This document shows positions 40,843 to 50,877 of a stretch of DNA of 64,000 nucleotides, piece by piece. Within the stretch, counting starts at the first letter, position 1. Every line of letters starts with the position of its first letter. The stretch spans positions 320,001-384,000 of the forward strand of contig CBDESU010000002.1 of NCBI GenBank assembly GCA_965242695.1. Reading direction: 5' to 3'. The notes beneath the pieces were generated by a model. That model saw only the letters and a list, made by a program, of their open reading frames with translations. It made no database searches and was not told where the DNA came from. The position numbers and the translations under genes were made by a program. Source of the DNA: Cenarchaeum sp. (lineage in GTDB: Archaea; Thermoproteota; Nitrososphaeria; Nitrososphaerales; Nitrosopumilaceae).

Positions 40843-41053
40843 ATGACTAGCATCGTACAATCGGGCGTACGCTGCGGCTTATTTATGACATGTCGTCCGC
40901 GCCTCGCCTTGCCTCCCCGTGAGCGTCTAGGCGCCTTCCCCACACGCGGGGCGACGCCACGCAGTCTGCGGCGACACGGACGCTAGATCGGGGCAAGTCG
41001 CGGGATTGAAGCGTCTGCCGGCATCCAGCCGCAACGCCACTGCATGGATTCAA

Positions 41054-41235
41054 GGCTGCAAGGGTCCGCGGCACCTCCACGGCATCGTGATAGCAGATAT
41101 GCTCCGGCCCGCAGGTTGAGCTAGGGGCTGCAAGGGTCCGCGGCACCTCCACGGCATCGTGATAGCAGATATGCTCCGGCCCGCAGGTTGAGCTAGGGGC
41201 TGCAAGGGTCCGCGGCACCTCCACGGCATCGTGAT
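41054..41235. repeat. 72-bp tandem repeat x2.5 (38-bp unit x3 with identical 34-bp spacers)
   Basis: GGCTGCAAGGGTCCGCGGCACCTCCACGGCATCGTGAT at 41054, 41126, 41198. Confidence 0.95.
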
Positions 41236-41639
41236 CAAAGAAACATCCGCAAGGGGCTTGCCTCCGCTGTCGCAAGGAGCCTCCGCCTTCGCACCGCCTT
41301 CAATGGGATGGACGCACGGTTGCCAAAGGATTGGGATGATTGCGTTGCTAAAATCCAGGCGGTGGGCTAGCGCGCCGCTCATGCGGCCGAGATCAGTAGG
41401 CAGATCGTCGCTCGCATCAACGGGAAGATGGGAACCTTGCCGACGCCGGCGTGGCTCTCAGGTGTAGAACACGGGCAAGTTTTGCGATGCCATGCTGCCT
41501 CCATGACCCGCGCGGGGCAGACCCAACAAGGGATCGCAGGGGGGGCCGCTCCCCGCGCCCCGCTACGTCCAGAATTTGGCGTGGGGTGCACCCCTGCCGC
41601 CCTGCCGATAACATGGGCGCCTAGCCCGCCGTCATTCAT

Positions 41640-42785
41640 CTACCCCCCCCCCCCCTCGATTATCCCGAGCATCGCCTCTTGGAAGGCCTCCTCCGAGAAC
41701 CCCTGGACGTGCTCGCGCAGCGCCGGCAAGAGATGGTCGTACCGCCCGTCGAGCGCCTCCCTCACGATCCCTGCCGCCTCCTCCTCGGTCCCGTACCGCA
41801 GCTCGGCAAACGGCACCGTCTCGGGGTGCGCCGAGTTGTCTGGCACGACGGGCACACACCCCGCCGCGATTGCCTCTGCCACCGCGATCCCGAACGTCTC
41901 CTTTGACGCGTGCAGGTACACGCGGGCGCGGCCGAGCGCCTCGTCGACGGCCCCGGGCCCCTCGTTGAGGCGGAGGCGGGCGCCGATGCCGGCCGCCGTA
42001 CCGGCGACCATGCGGTGGTACTCTAGCTGGTACGAGTGGGCCGCGCCGCCGACGACCTCCCACCGCCCCGCTCCGGCCCTGGACATTATCCGGGCCGCGC
42101 CGACCAGGTTCTTTTCTGGGGCGTAGCGGGCGACCGTGGCCACAACGTCCTCCTTGGCGCGATGCCGCAGCGCCGAGTACCGCCGCAGGTCGACCGGGGG
42201 GTGCACCACCGGGCCGGGCTCCCTGCCGACCGCCCGCCCGACCACCTCCCTGGTGTCGGCAGAGTTTGGCACGAGCAGCACCCTCTCGCCGCGCGCTAGC
42301 CGCAGCACCCTCCTGTCGGCCCTCCTGGCCAGGTAGTACCGCAGGCGGGCCCTCGGCGACCGGCTCTTTCGGAGGTGGTCGATCCTTCCCTCCTCGCGCA
42401 GGGCCGCGTTGCAGTAGAGTATGACGCGCGGCGCGTCCGTCCTCTCGAGTGCGAATCCGCCGTCGGTCACGACGAGCGCGTCGGTCCCGGGGCCGGCATC
42501 GAAGAGGCCGCCGCGGCCTGGCGATGCGGTCCCGCCCTGCCCTGAGGCCAGGTCCAGCCGCACCCTGCGCAGCGTAATGTGGGAGGCGCGGCAGGCGGCA
42601 TCGCACGGGGACCACGGGAGGGCGGGGAACCGCTCGCCGCCGGCGAACCGCACCCCGTGCGGGGGATCGACGCACCGCAGCGCGACGTCGTGGCCCGTGC
42701 GGTCAAGCGCCTTGAGGAGCGACAGGCAGACGCGCTCGCCGCCGCCCGTGACGCCCAGGCTGCGGTGGACGACGGCGATCCTCAC
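41640..42785 (-). CDS. GT4-family (GT-B) glycosyltransferase
   Basis: GGGERV, PNS, HPPVD, RYAPEKN, ETFGIAVAEAIAAG. Confidence 0.85.
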   Translation of the reverse strand: MRIAVVHRSLGVTGGGERVCLSLLKALDRTGHDVALRCVDPPHGVRFAGGERFPALPWSPCDAACRASHITLRRVRLDLASGQGGTASPGRGGLFDAGPGTDALVVTDGGFALERTDAPRVILYCNAALREEGRIDHLRKSRSPRARLRYYLARRADRRVLRLARGERVLLVPNSADTREVVGRAVGREPGPVVHPPVDLRRYSALRHRAKEDVVATVARYAPEKNLVGAARIMSRAGAGRWEVVGGAAHSYQLEYHRMVAGTAAGIGARLRLNEGPGAVDEALGRARVYLHASKETFGIAVAEAIAAGCVPVVPDNSAHPETVPFAELRYGTEEEAAGIVREALDGRYDHLLPALREHVQGFSEEAFQEAMLGIIEGGGG

Positions 42786-42806
42786 GGCGCCCCCCTCGGG
42801 AGGAGG

Positions 42807-42815
42807 GTTTATAAG
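42807..42815. promoter_or_regulatory. putative bidirectional TATA box (TTTATAA)
   Basis: centred between divergent starts 42785 and 42837, each about 22 nt away. Confidence 0.55.
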
Positions 42816-42836
42816 GCCGCCCAGTCACGTCCCTGC

Positions 42837-42980
42837 ATGCCAAACATCGACATGGCAAGGTGCCCGCACTGCGGCAAGGCTGCAAGCGGGCACGACGAGG
42901 TCGCAAAGGAATTCGGCCTGCGAAACAGCAGGGGATACATCTGCGTCCAGTCATGGTGCAGGGCGTGCAGGTTCAGGTAG
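42837..42980 (+). CDS. small Zn-finger protein
   Basis: CPHCG...FGLR...QSWCRAC. Confidence 0.7.
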   Translation: MPNIDMARCPHCGKAASGHDEVAKEFGLRNSRGYICVQSWCRACRFR

Positions 42981-43556
42981 AACTGCGGCCCAATATCCCT
43001 ATTTTTTGCCGTTCGCCCTGAAGGGCGGCGCGGCGGCATCGACACTGCGGCCCCGCCTTGCCGGCCTGCTTGACGACCGTGCAGAGCGGCACCCGCGTCG
43101 ATCCCGCGGGGCATGCGGTTGGTAGTTGTGAAAAGTGTCTGCCGCGCCGTGCCAGCGCCCACTGAGTCGGCATTCGTCCCGTAATCTCGGAGGCCGCCAG
43201 CGCCAGCCCCGACTCGTGTTCCCGCGCGGGATGTCCTCTAGGCCCGCAGGCATCTCAAAGGCCCCCTACCTTTGAAAACATCGGTGCATTCGACGACAAG
43301 TACGGAATAGGCAAAATTATGAAGATCATTTGTGGCCGATGTGCGCGGCGGGCATCGGTTGCCGCATGCGTCTGGGCGTTGTACAGGTGCAGGCGGTGCA
43401 AGAGCAGCGAGGATGCCGGCCGAAACGTAGACATACGGCCATGGACGATCTCCTTCCGGCGGCAGGCCAGCAGCCATCCGCGCTAGACGCCGTGGAACGT
43501 GTCAACGGATGTTAGAAGTCCTTAAGGTCATATAGCGTCCAGTGCGGGCCGGCGGC

Positions 43557-44009
43557 ATGACCTGGCCGGATCTGCTGTTACCCATAGCCGTAAGTGTATC
43601 AACGATCCTTGCCAGCTTCTTTTCCGCCCAAGCTCTCCGGCATGCACGCCGCGAGTCGGCAAGGCTGGCCGACGTAGCATCGGCCAACCTTATTGTAACC
43701 CTGCGCAAACCTTGGTCAAAAAAACATTTCAAAGCTTTTTTGCATAATGCGGGAGAAGGCAGTTCGTTTGAAGGAAGGGAGGCGGAGATCGAAGGCTTTC
43801 TTAACCGCATGGAAATAATAGCCATATTCCTAGAACAAAAAACCCTAAAGGAAGTTCATGTTAAAGAGATCTTTGGATCACACTTTAAGCTAATTAAGGA
43901 CAACAAAGCCATAGAGTCATACTACAATAGACAAAGAGAAGAAAAGAAAAACTACAGGTTCACAAACATTGAAAAAGCATTAGTAAAGATGGAGGGATGG
44001 GGCGTCTAG
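43557..44009 (+). CDS. DUF4760-like membrane-anchored protein
   Basis: N-terminal TM, FLNRMEIIA...FTNIE; markedly AT-rich. Confidence 0.6.
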   Translation: MTWPDLLLPIAVSVSTILASFFSAQALRHARRESARLADVASANLIVTLRKPWSKKHFKAFLHNAGEGSSFEGREAEIEGFLNRMEIIAIFLEQKTLKEVHVKEIFGSHFKLIKDNKAIESYYNRQREEKKNYRFTNIEKALVKMEGWGV

Positions 44010-44405
44010 AGATCGCCGCCCCCGGTAGTCCCCTCAACGGCCGCCTTACGGACTTCCGGGTCGTAACCGCACCAAGAGCACGGCCAACGGGGCGTGTCCT
44101 TTCCGCAATTCGGACATCTCACGAGAGGAGGCACCTAGCAAGCCTATATCAACCTAGGCTGCCGCTTTTGCGAGGTCAAAAGTCCGAAGGATGGAGCACC
44201 GCGACGGCAAGGCGCTGTTGCGATCTGACGCGGGGCGGTCTGGCCGACCATTGGGCCGTTGCATCGGCCGCGAAGGGGTACACAAGATGCCGCCGCCTCT
44301 CCCCGCTGCACACGGCCGTTGCGCCCGGTGACCGGTCACCGAGCGGCACGGAAACACCCAAGGACGGCAGCCAAACCCTATAACCACCAGGGGGCGCGCA
44401 GGGGC

Positions 44406-45560
44406 GTGAGGATATCCGTAGTCCACCACAGCTTCCATGTCGCCGGCGGCGGCGAGAGGGTCACGCTATCCCTGCTGGGGGCGCTGGACCGGACGGGCCA
44501 CGACACGGAGCTGCGGTGCGTCCGGCCGCCGGCCGGCGTGCTGTTCAGCGGGCAACCCGAGCGGGAGCCAAGGGAGCGGGACGTGGTTGCACATCCGCAA
44601 TCCAAGTTCAGGAAGGTGCGGCTGACGCGGGTGCCCGAGGGAGGGATCGGCGGCGGCGCACCCGACTTTGGCGCCGAGGTGCGGGCGCTGTTCGGGGACA
44701 CGGGGAGCGACCTGCTCATCGTGACGGACGGCGGATTCGTCTGGGGCAGGACGGATGCGCCGCGCATACTGGTGTACGGCAACTCCGATCTGAGGGCAGA
44801 GTCGGAGGTGCTGCGCCGCCGCTGCCCCCGCTCGCTGCTGCGCTCGCCGCTGCGCGCCCTCAGGCTGCGCCTGGAGCAGGCGGCGTTTCGGAAGACGATG
44901 GCGGCGTTTCGCGACGGCCTGGCGGTGGCCATCCCAAACACGGAGAGCACCGCTCGGTCGTATGCCAGCCTGTTCGGGAGTGCCAGCATGGAGAGGGTAG
45001 TCTACCCGCCGGTCGACCTGGAGCGGTTCAAGGCCCTGCGCAGTGTCCCGAAGGAGGGCAGGGTGGCCACTACGGGCAGGTTCGCACCCGAGAAGAACTA
45101 CGAGTTTGCAGCCAGGGTGATGCGCAGGGTCGGGGCAAGGTGGGACGCCGTCGGCAACGCAAGGGGCCCGCTGCAGGAGGAGCACCTGGCGGCGCTACGG
45201 GCGGGGGCGGGGCCGGACATGCACCTTCACGTCAACGCAGGCGAGGGCGAGCTGGACCGGGCGCTAGGCGGGGCGAGGGCCTACCTGCATGCGCGGCCCG
45301 AGTCGTTCGGCATCGCCGTGGTGGAGGCGGCGGCGGCCGGCTGCGTGCCCGTCGTGCCCGACAACACGGCGCATCCCGAGACCGTACCGTTCAGGGAGCT
45401 GCGGTACTCGACGGAGGACGAGGCGGTCGCCAAGGTAGGGGATGCCCTCGGGGGCGGCTACGACCGCCTCCTGCCAGGCCTCGCAAGGCACACCGAGAGG
45501 TTCTCCGTGCAGGCGTTTCAGGCGGCCATGCTCGACATCATCGAGCGGCAGGGACCCTGA
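44406..45560 (+). CDS. GT4-family glycosyltransferase (paralog of 41640-42785)
   Basis: GGGERV, YPPVD, RFAPEKN, ESFGIAVVEAAAAG. Confidence 0.85.
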   Translation: MRISVVHHSFHVAGGGERVTLSLLGALDRTGHDTELRCVRPPAGVLFSGQPEREPRERDVVAHPQSKFRKVRLTRVPEGGIGGGAPDFGAEVRALFGDTGSDLLIVTDGGFVWGRTDAPRILVYGNSDLRAESEVLRRRCPRSLLRSPLRALRLRLEQAAFRKTMAAFRDGLAVAIPNTESTARSYASLFGSASMERVVYPPVDLERFKALRSVPKEGRVATTGRFAPEKNYEFAARVMRRVGARWDAVGNARGPLQEEHLAALRAGAGPDMHLHVNAGEGELDRALGGARAYLHARPESFGIAVVEAAAAGCVPVVPDNTAHPETVPFRELRYSTEDEAVAKVGDALGGGYDRLLPGLARHTERFSVQAFQAAMLDIIERQGP

Positions 45561-45784
45561 CGAGGCGACGCAGCTGGCAGGGGAAGCCGCCGTTGCATGT
45601 AGCGCGTGCGCACAGGCCCGCAGGGGCGCCCGCGACAGGTGCGCGGCCCGGCAACACGGTGCCGATTGATCTTGCATCAGGTGCCGCTGCACCGGGGCGC
45701 CCGGCGGAGATGTCCTAGTATCCAAGATCTTGAGCATCCGCCGATTTCTCATTTATATACACTCGGCGGCGGGCGGAAAGCGCA

Positions 45785-46459
45785 ATGGGAATCGTAGGCA
45801 GGGCCTGCGCGTACGTCGGGCGGCTCCGCGATCGGTCCCCTACAGGAGAGGGGCCCCGCGACAGGTCCCTCACCAAGGAATACTGGGAAGAGAAAGCGGG
45901 CGGAAGCGTGGAGGCCGCGGTCGACGCAATCTGCGACGGGTTCGACATGAAGCAGTTCGAGTCGCTCGGGGGAGTCCACTTTGACCCATCGGAGCTTGGG
46001 CCCGATATGGCCGTTCTGGACCTTGCCTGCGGAATGGGCCGCACATGCAAACAGGTCGCAGGGTTGGTCGGCGAGTACCACGGCGTAGACTTTGTCCCCG
46101 ACATGATAGCCAAGGCTCGCAGGTACAACGAAGGGGTCCGCAACGCAACGTTCCATGTCAACGACGGCACGACGCTCAAGGAGTTTGCAGACGGCACGTT
46201 CGATATAGTCTACTCGGAGCTGGCGTTCCAGCACATGCCCAGGGCCACTCAGAGGTCGTACGCGTCCGAGGCGGCCAGGGTGCTAAAGGACGGTGGAAAG
46301 TTCTTCGCGCAGCTTCCCAAGGAGGACTTTTACCCGGGCGCCGAGTATGCGCTGGCCGAGGACGAGGCGCGATCGCTCCTGTCCGCCTTTCGCGAGGTCG
46401 AACTCGAGGGGCACCAAGCCTACTGGCTGGCCAGGGCCGTGGCCGGCCGGAAGCGCTAG
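45785..46459 (+). CDS. class I SAM-dependent methyltransferase
   Basis: VLDLACGMGR, GVD, FDIVYS..FQH, RVLKDGG; TTTATATA upstream. Confidence 0.85.
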   Translation: MGIVGRACAYVGRLRDRSPTGEGPRDRSLTKEYWEEKAGGSVEAAVDAICDGFDMKQFESLGGVHFDPSELGPDMAVLDLACGMGRTCKQVAGLVGEYHGVDFVPDMIAKARRYNEGVRNATFHVNDGTTLKEFADGTFDIVYSELAFQHMPRATQRSYASEAARVLKDGGKFFAQLPKEDFYPGAEYALAEDEARSLLSAFREVELEGHQAYWLARAVAGRKR

Positions 46460-46480
46460 GGGAGGAGGGCGTGGGCAGGC

Positions 46481-47419
46481 ATGGCTCGGATACTGCTGAT
46501 CGGCGGCATGGGGTACATCGGCTCGACCCTTGTCGAGACGCTCCTCGGATCGCCGGCGGGGAACCACGCGGTCACGATCCTCGACCCCCTCCTGCACGAC
46601 ATAGACCCGGGGTACCTGCACCGAATGGTCTCGTCCGACCGCGTCCGGTTCGTGAGGGGCGACGTCTCGGACATGCGGCACACGTGGGGCATGGTGAAGC
46701 GGCACGACGCTACGGTGTACATGGCGGCCCTGACGCTGCCAAACACCGCCAAGGATCCCGAAGAGGCCATGCTGGTCAACCAGTACATGGCCGAGGTCGC
46801 CGGCGACTGCTGCGCCAAGTTTGGCCGGCGCATGATATTCATGAGCACGTGCAGCAACTACGGCAAGGCCGAAAAGCCGGTCGACGAGGACGGCGAGCTC
46901 TTCCCGGTCTCGATGTACGCCCTGACGAAGGTCAATGCCGAAAGGTACCTGCTGAGGACGGTGCCCGAGGCGGCCGTCCTGAGGTGCGCCACCGCGTACG
47001 GCGTCGGCGCCGGCCGAACCAGGTGGGACGTGCTGCTCAACGACCTGACCGGCGCCGCCCTTGCGACCGGAGAGATCGACGTGTTCCAGCCCGATGCCTG
47101 CAGGCCCGTCTGCCACGTAGAGGACATATCGCGGGCGATCGCCGGCGTGGTAGACGAGCCGTCCGCCAGGGGAGTGTACAACGTGGGATCCGACGCGCAA
47201 AACTACACCAAGGGAGAGCTTGCGGGGTTTGTCGCCGAGGCGACCGGCGCCTCCGTCAGGATCACGCACAGCGAGGACAACCGGGACTACCGCGTCAGCT
47301 TTGCAAGGATCAGGGACGCGATCGGGTTCGAGGCCAAGCACACGCCCCGCACCGAGATTCCGCGCCTGGCGGCCGAGTGGAAGAGGGCGCACGGCGACGG
47401 GGGGCAGAGGGCGCCATGA
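46481..47419 (+). CDS. NAD-dependent nucleotide-sugar epimerase/dehydratase
   Basis: GGMGYIG, STCSNYG, YALTK. Confidence 0.85.
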   Translation: MARILLIGGMGYIGSTLVETLLGSPAGNHAVTILDPLLHDIDPGYLHRMVSSDRVRFVRGDVSDMRHTWGMVKRHDATVYMAALTLPNTAKDPEEAMLVNQYMAEVAGDCCAKFGRRMIFMSTCSNYGKAEKPVDEDGELFPVSMYALTKVNAERYLLRTVPEAAVLRCATAYGVGAGRTRWDVLLNDLTGAALATGEIDVFQPDACRPVCHVEDISRAIAGVVDEPSARGVYNVGSDAQNYTKGELAGFVAEATGASVRITHSEDNRDYRVSFARIRDAIGFEAKHTPRTEIPRLAAEWKRAHGDGGQRAP

Positions 47420-48468
47420 CCGGCATGCCGCAGTTTGTCCCGTACTGGGGCAGGGAAGAGGCCGATGCGGTCTCAAGGGTGCTCGGCTCGGGCTACCTCA
47501 ACGAGCACGAGACGGTTCGCGAGTTCGAGCGCGAGTTTGCCGCGTTCGTCGGAGCCAGGCGCTGCGTCGCCGTGACGAGCGGGACGGCCGCCCTGTACTG
47601 CGCAGTGTGCGCCGCACTTGCCGGCAAGGGCGGGAGGGGCGGCATCCTCGTGCCGGCGCACGACGGCATATTCGCGTTCAACGCGGCCAAGGCGGCCGGC
47701 GAGCGGCCTGTGGTGTGCGACGTCGACGGGCGCGGCCTGCTCTCCGAGCCGGAAGCCGGAGGCGGCGCGGGGGAGGAGAGGCAGTCGATTGTAGTCCACG
47801 CCAACGGGCGCATATCGGATGCGGTGCGCCTCGTCGAGGACTGCGCGCAGGCCATCGACCACCACACCCCGGGCAAGATCAGCACGTACAGCTTTGCGTC
47901 GACAAAGCACCTGACGACGGGCGGGCAGGGCGGCGCCGTGTGCTGCGATGACGACGAGACGTTCGACCTCTTGGCGCGCCTCAAGGACCACGGCCGCAGC
48001 GACCGCCAGCACCTCAGGCCAATGTCGGACAACTACGACAGGTGGGGCATGAACTTCAAGATGACCGAGATGCAGGCGGCGTTCGGGCTTGCGCAGCTGC
48101 GAACGCTGCGGAGCCGGACGCGCCGCTTCGGCGAGATGTGCCGCATGTACAGGGACCTGCTCGGCGGCCTGGTCGGGTTCGACGGCGCAGAGCCGCGCTG
48201 GTACGCCGACGTGTTTACGCCGCATGCCCTGCATGTCAGGGAGTCGCTGCGCGCGGAGGGCATCCACTGCAGGCCCTACCCGAGGCCGCTGCACCTGCAG
48301 GGGGTGGCCAGGGGCTGCGCCTATTCTGAGCACGCGGGGGCGTTTGCCAATGCGGAAGAGAGGCATGCCGAGGGGCTGTACCTGCCGTCGACGACAAACC
48401 TGTCCGACGAGGACGTGCATCGGGTCGCAGCCGGGGTCAAGAGGGCCGTGGAGTCGGCCTCCGCATGA
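47416..48468 (+). CDS. DegT/DnrJ/EryC1/StrS PLP-dependent sugar aminotransferase
   Basis: SGTAAL, EDCAQA, SFASTKHLTTGGQGG, G.NFKMTEMQAA; ATGA overlap. Confidence 0.85.
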   Translation: MTGMPQFVPYWGREEADAVSRVLGSGYLNEHETVREFEREFAAFVGARRCVAVTSGTAALYCAVCAALAGKGGRGGILVPAHDGIFAFNAAKAAGERPVVCDVDGRGLLSEPEAGGGAGEERQSIVVHANGRISDAVRLVEDCAQAIDHHTPGKISTYSFASTKHLTTGGQGGAVCCDDDETFDLLARLKDHGRSDRQHLRPMSDNYDRWGMNFKMTEMQAAFGLAQLRTLRSRTRRFGEMCRMYRDLLGGLVGFDGAEPRWYADVFTPHALHVRESLRAEGIHCRPYPRPLHLQGVARGCAYSEHAGAFANAEERHAEGLYLPSTTNLSDEDVHRVAAGVKRAVESASA

Positions 48469-48502
48469 CGCCGGTACAATCGGCGCGCGCGGCAATGCCG
48501 GA

Positions 48503-49000
48503 TCAGATCGCCATCTCTTCGTCGGTCATCATGCGCAGGAACCGCGCCGGGCTGCCGACCCACACCTGCCTAGCCGGTATTCGCGGCTCGAGGACGAGGG
48601 AGCCTGCGCCGATCGAGACGTGGTCCTCAAGCTCGGTGCATACGAGCATCGATCCCTGCCCTATGCGGCAGTCGTCGCCTATGCGGCAGGGCCTCTTTGC
48701 TATGTTCGACGTCCTGGCAGTCATGTGCTTTTCGTCGGCCGTCATCACGCCGGCCCCGAATATGCAGCCCCTGCCGACGACGGTGTCGCTGTTGAGCACG
48801 CAGTAGGGATTGAGCAGCGTGCCGTCGCCCACGGAGGCGCCCGAGTTTATCTCGCAAAAGTTGCCGACGACGGCATTCTCGCCGATTTCGACGCCGGGGC
48901 CGATGTAGCACCAGCCGCATATGCGGGCCGTCTCGGCGATCCTTGCCGACGGATGTATGTCGTTGTAGCGGCCGACCTCTTTCATGGCCGCTGCCCCCAT
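48503..49000 (-). CDS. hexapeptide-repeat (LbH) N-acetyltransferase
   Basis: IG..V.IG hexapeptides, IGAGSLV, WVGSPAR. Confidence 0.8.
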   Translation of the reverse strand: MGAAAMKEVGRYNDIHPSARIAETARICGWCYIGPGVEIGENAVVGNFCEINSGASVGDGTLLNPYCVLNSDTVVGRGCIFGAGVMTADEKHMTARTSNIAKRPCRIGDDCRIGQGSMLVCTELEDHVSIGAGSLVLEPRIPARQVWVGSPARFLRMMTDEEMAI

Positions 49001-49721
49001 CCTTTCACGCGGCGCGGGGGGAAGGCGCCCTTTTACATGTTTGCGAGCAGGCGCGGGCCCCGTCCGGCGCACTCTTGGCAACATGTCGTCCCGACATGCT
49101 CCCTGCCTCCTCAGCGCCCGCATTCGGGTGCGATCGTGCCGTGCCGGTGCAGCAGTGCCGCACCTGCGGCAGGCAGAGCCGTCAGACGCGGATGCGGGAG
49201 GATGGCGCCGGGGGGCCCTGCGCGGTGCGGGCGACGCATGCGCACGCCATACCCCGCTGCAAGCCATGCACTGTAGCGGCGGCTCTAGGCGGTTTCAGTT
49301 AGTCTGTGCGAGCTCTGGTGGGGTTTGATCGTCAAGGGGCACGCGCGGCCCTCACGTGCCCCCACAAACGCTGTCGCCCGTGTCCTAAAGAAAACGCAGT
49401 ATGAACACAGCAAAGTCCGTCGCCACAGTACGCGCGCCGGGCACGTGGAACGAAAGGTGCGGTGGACGGGAATGGCATGCGGAGGCAGGCTGCAACCTGC
49501 CCATATTGGGCAATACGCAGTTACTGGAATTCCATGGGGAAGGTAGCAGTGCGGCAAGATAGCCCGAGGCGACGCCGCGGTGCCGCCCGTTCACAGGACG
49601 CCGGCGCGTTGGGCATTGCCCTGCCAAAGCTTGCGAGGCGCCGGCGCCGCCGGCGTGGCGGCGCGCAGGGTCGGCGAAGGCCGGCAGGCGCCGCGGTGCG
49701 GCAACACCCCGAAGATCCCGG

Positions 49722-50702
49722 TCAAAAGCCCGTCCCCGTTCGGCTCCATTCCTTCAGCGCCTTGACCTGGCTTCCGCCGTATTTCAGGTTGTACTCGTCC
49801 CACGTGACGCCCGTCATGGATCGGACAAGCGCCGACTCGGGGTTCCTGACGGCATACCAGTATCCCCTCCACATGCCGTAGTACTGCGTCGTCCACATCT
49901 CGGGCAGCATCCCCAGCGCGGCCCTCAGCCAGAACGCCCTCCTAAAGGCGGCCTCGCCGAGCGCCTTCCTGATGCGCCTGAGCGGGCGGCTCTGGGCGTA
50001 CAGCGGCTCGCAGTTGGCGGCATAGTGCGCGCCGCGGCAAAACTGGCGCCACGGCAGGTCGTTGTTCTCGTAGTCCATGCACTTTGCGCCGACGGTGTGG
50101 CTGAAGACGCACTTGTAGCCACTCCTGAGAAACTGGAAGTATATGAGGGAGTCGAACCCGTTTGCAACGGCCTTGTACTCGTCGTAGTCTACAGCCTTGT
50201 AGAGGAACGGGAGGTATATCCAGTACGTCCCGGACGTGCCCTTTAGCGTCGCCTCCCTGCGCGTCTGCCGCTGAAAGTAGACGCGGCGTATGTAGTCCTG
50301 GATCGTCCGGACCTTGTGCCACAGGCTAAAGCTCATCATGGCCAGGTCGCCCTTGCCGACCAGGTCCCGGCCTACCAGCACGTCCTGCTGTATGATCGTG
50401 TCTATGTTGCATGCAAAGACTGCGTCGTGGCTGGCCGCCTTGAAGCAGTCCCACAGCACATGCGCTGTGTGCAGCCGCCAGGAGGGGTCGCGCACGACGG
50501 GAACCAGCGTATAGCTTCCGTAGCCGAGCTCCCTGAAGGCCTTTTCGACAAACCGATCAAAGTCTTTACCCCTGTCGTCGTCGATGCCGACGACGATCTC
50601 GTCGGGGTCTAGCGCCACCAGCGACGGGATTGACTTTAGCGCGTACTTGCGTTCCTTGGGCGTGTCCCTGAACAGCACGACTGCGGTGAATTTGCGAGCC
50701 AT
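49722..50702 (-). CDS. GT-A fold (GT2-like) glycosyltransferase
   Basis: PDEIVVGID...NIDT...ANGFD; TTTTATATA upstream. Confidence 0.65.
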   Translation of the reverse strand: MARKFTAVVLFRDTPKERKYALKSIPSLVALDPDEIVVGIDDDRGKDFDRFVEKAFRELGYGSYTLVPVVRDPSWRLHTAHVLWDCFKAASHDAVFACNIDTIIQQDVLVGRDLVGKGDLAMMSFSLWHKVRTIQDYIRRVYFQRQTRREATLKGTSGTYWIYLPFLYKAVDYDEYKAVANGFDSLIYFQFLRSGYKCVFSHTVGAKCMDYENNDLPWRQFCRGAHYAANCEPLYAQSRPLRRIRKALGEAAFRRAFWLRAALGMLPEMWTTQYYGMWRGYWYAVRNPESALVRSMTGVTWDEYNLKYGGSQVKALKEWSRTGTGF

Positions 50703-50877
50703 GCACCGCAGGGGGCCAGGCACGGTATATAAAATACAGGGGAGGGCGCGATTCGGTTAGCTGGATGCAGACACTAGGCGAATGCAGGCCCCGCGCGGCA
50801 GATTCCGGGAGCGTTCGGCGATCGATGCTCCCTGCAGGGCGGCCTAGCCGCAGAAAAGATGCGGAGGCCGAAGGGTC

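Noticed and set aside
40239-40850. AERSG-repeat ORFs on the plus strand
   Set aside because: By-products of the pentanucleotide microsatellite
40400-40860. In-frame fusion of the repeat tract to the R-M gene (classic frameshift phase variation)
   Set aside because: TGA at 40469-40471 blocks the R-M frame upstream of the start
41054-41235. Bona fide CRISPR array
   Set aside because: Spacers are identical, only three units, no leader or cas genes; kept as a repeat
43440-43520. DAVERVNG fragment resembling an IS5-type transposase tail
   Set aside because: Too short to support a call
46045-47415. N-terminal extension of the 807-aa ORF
   Set aside because: Overlaps the methyltransferase and epimerase genes; the aminotransferase starts at 47416
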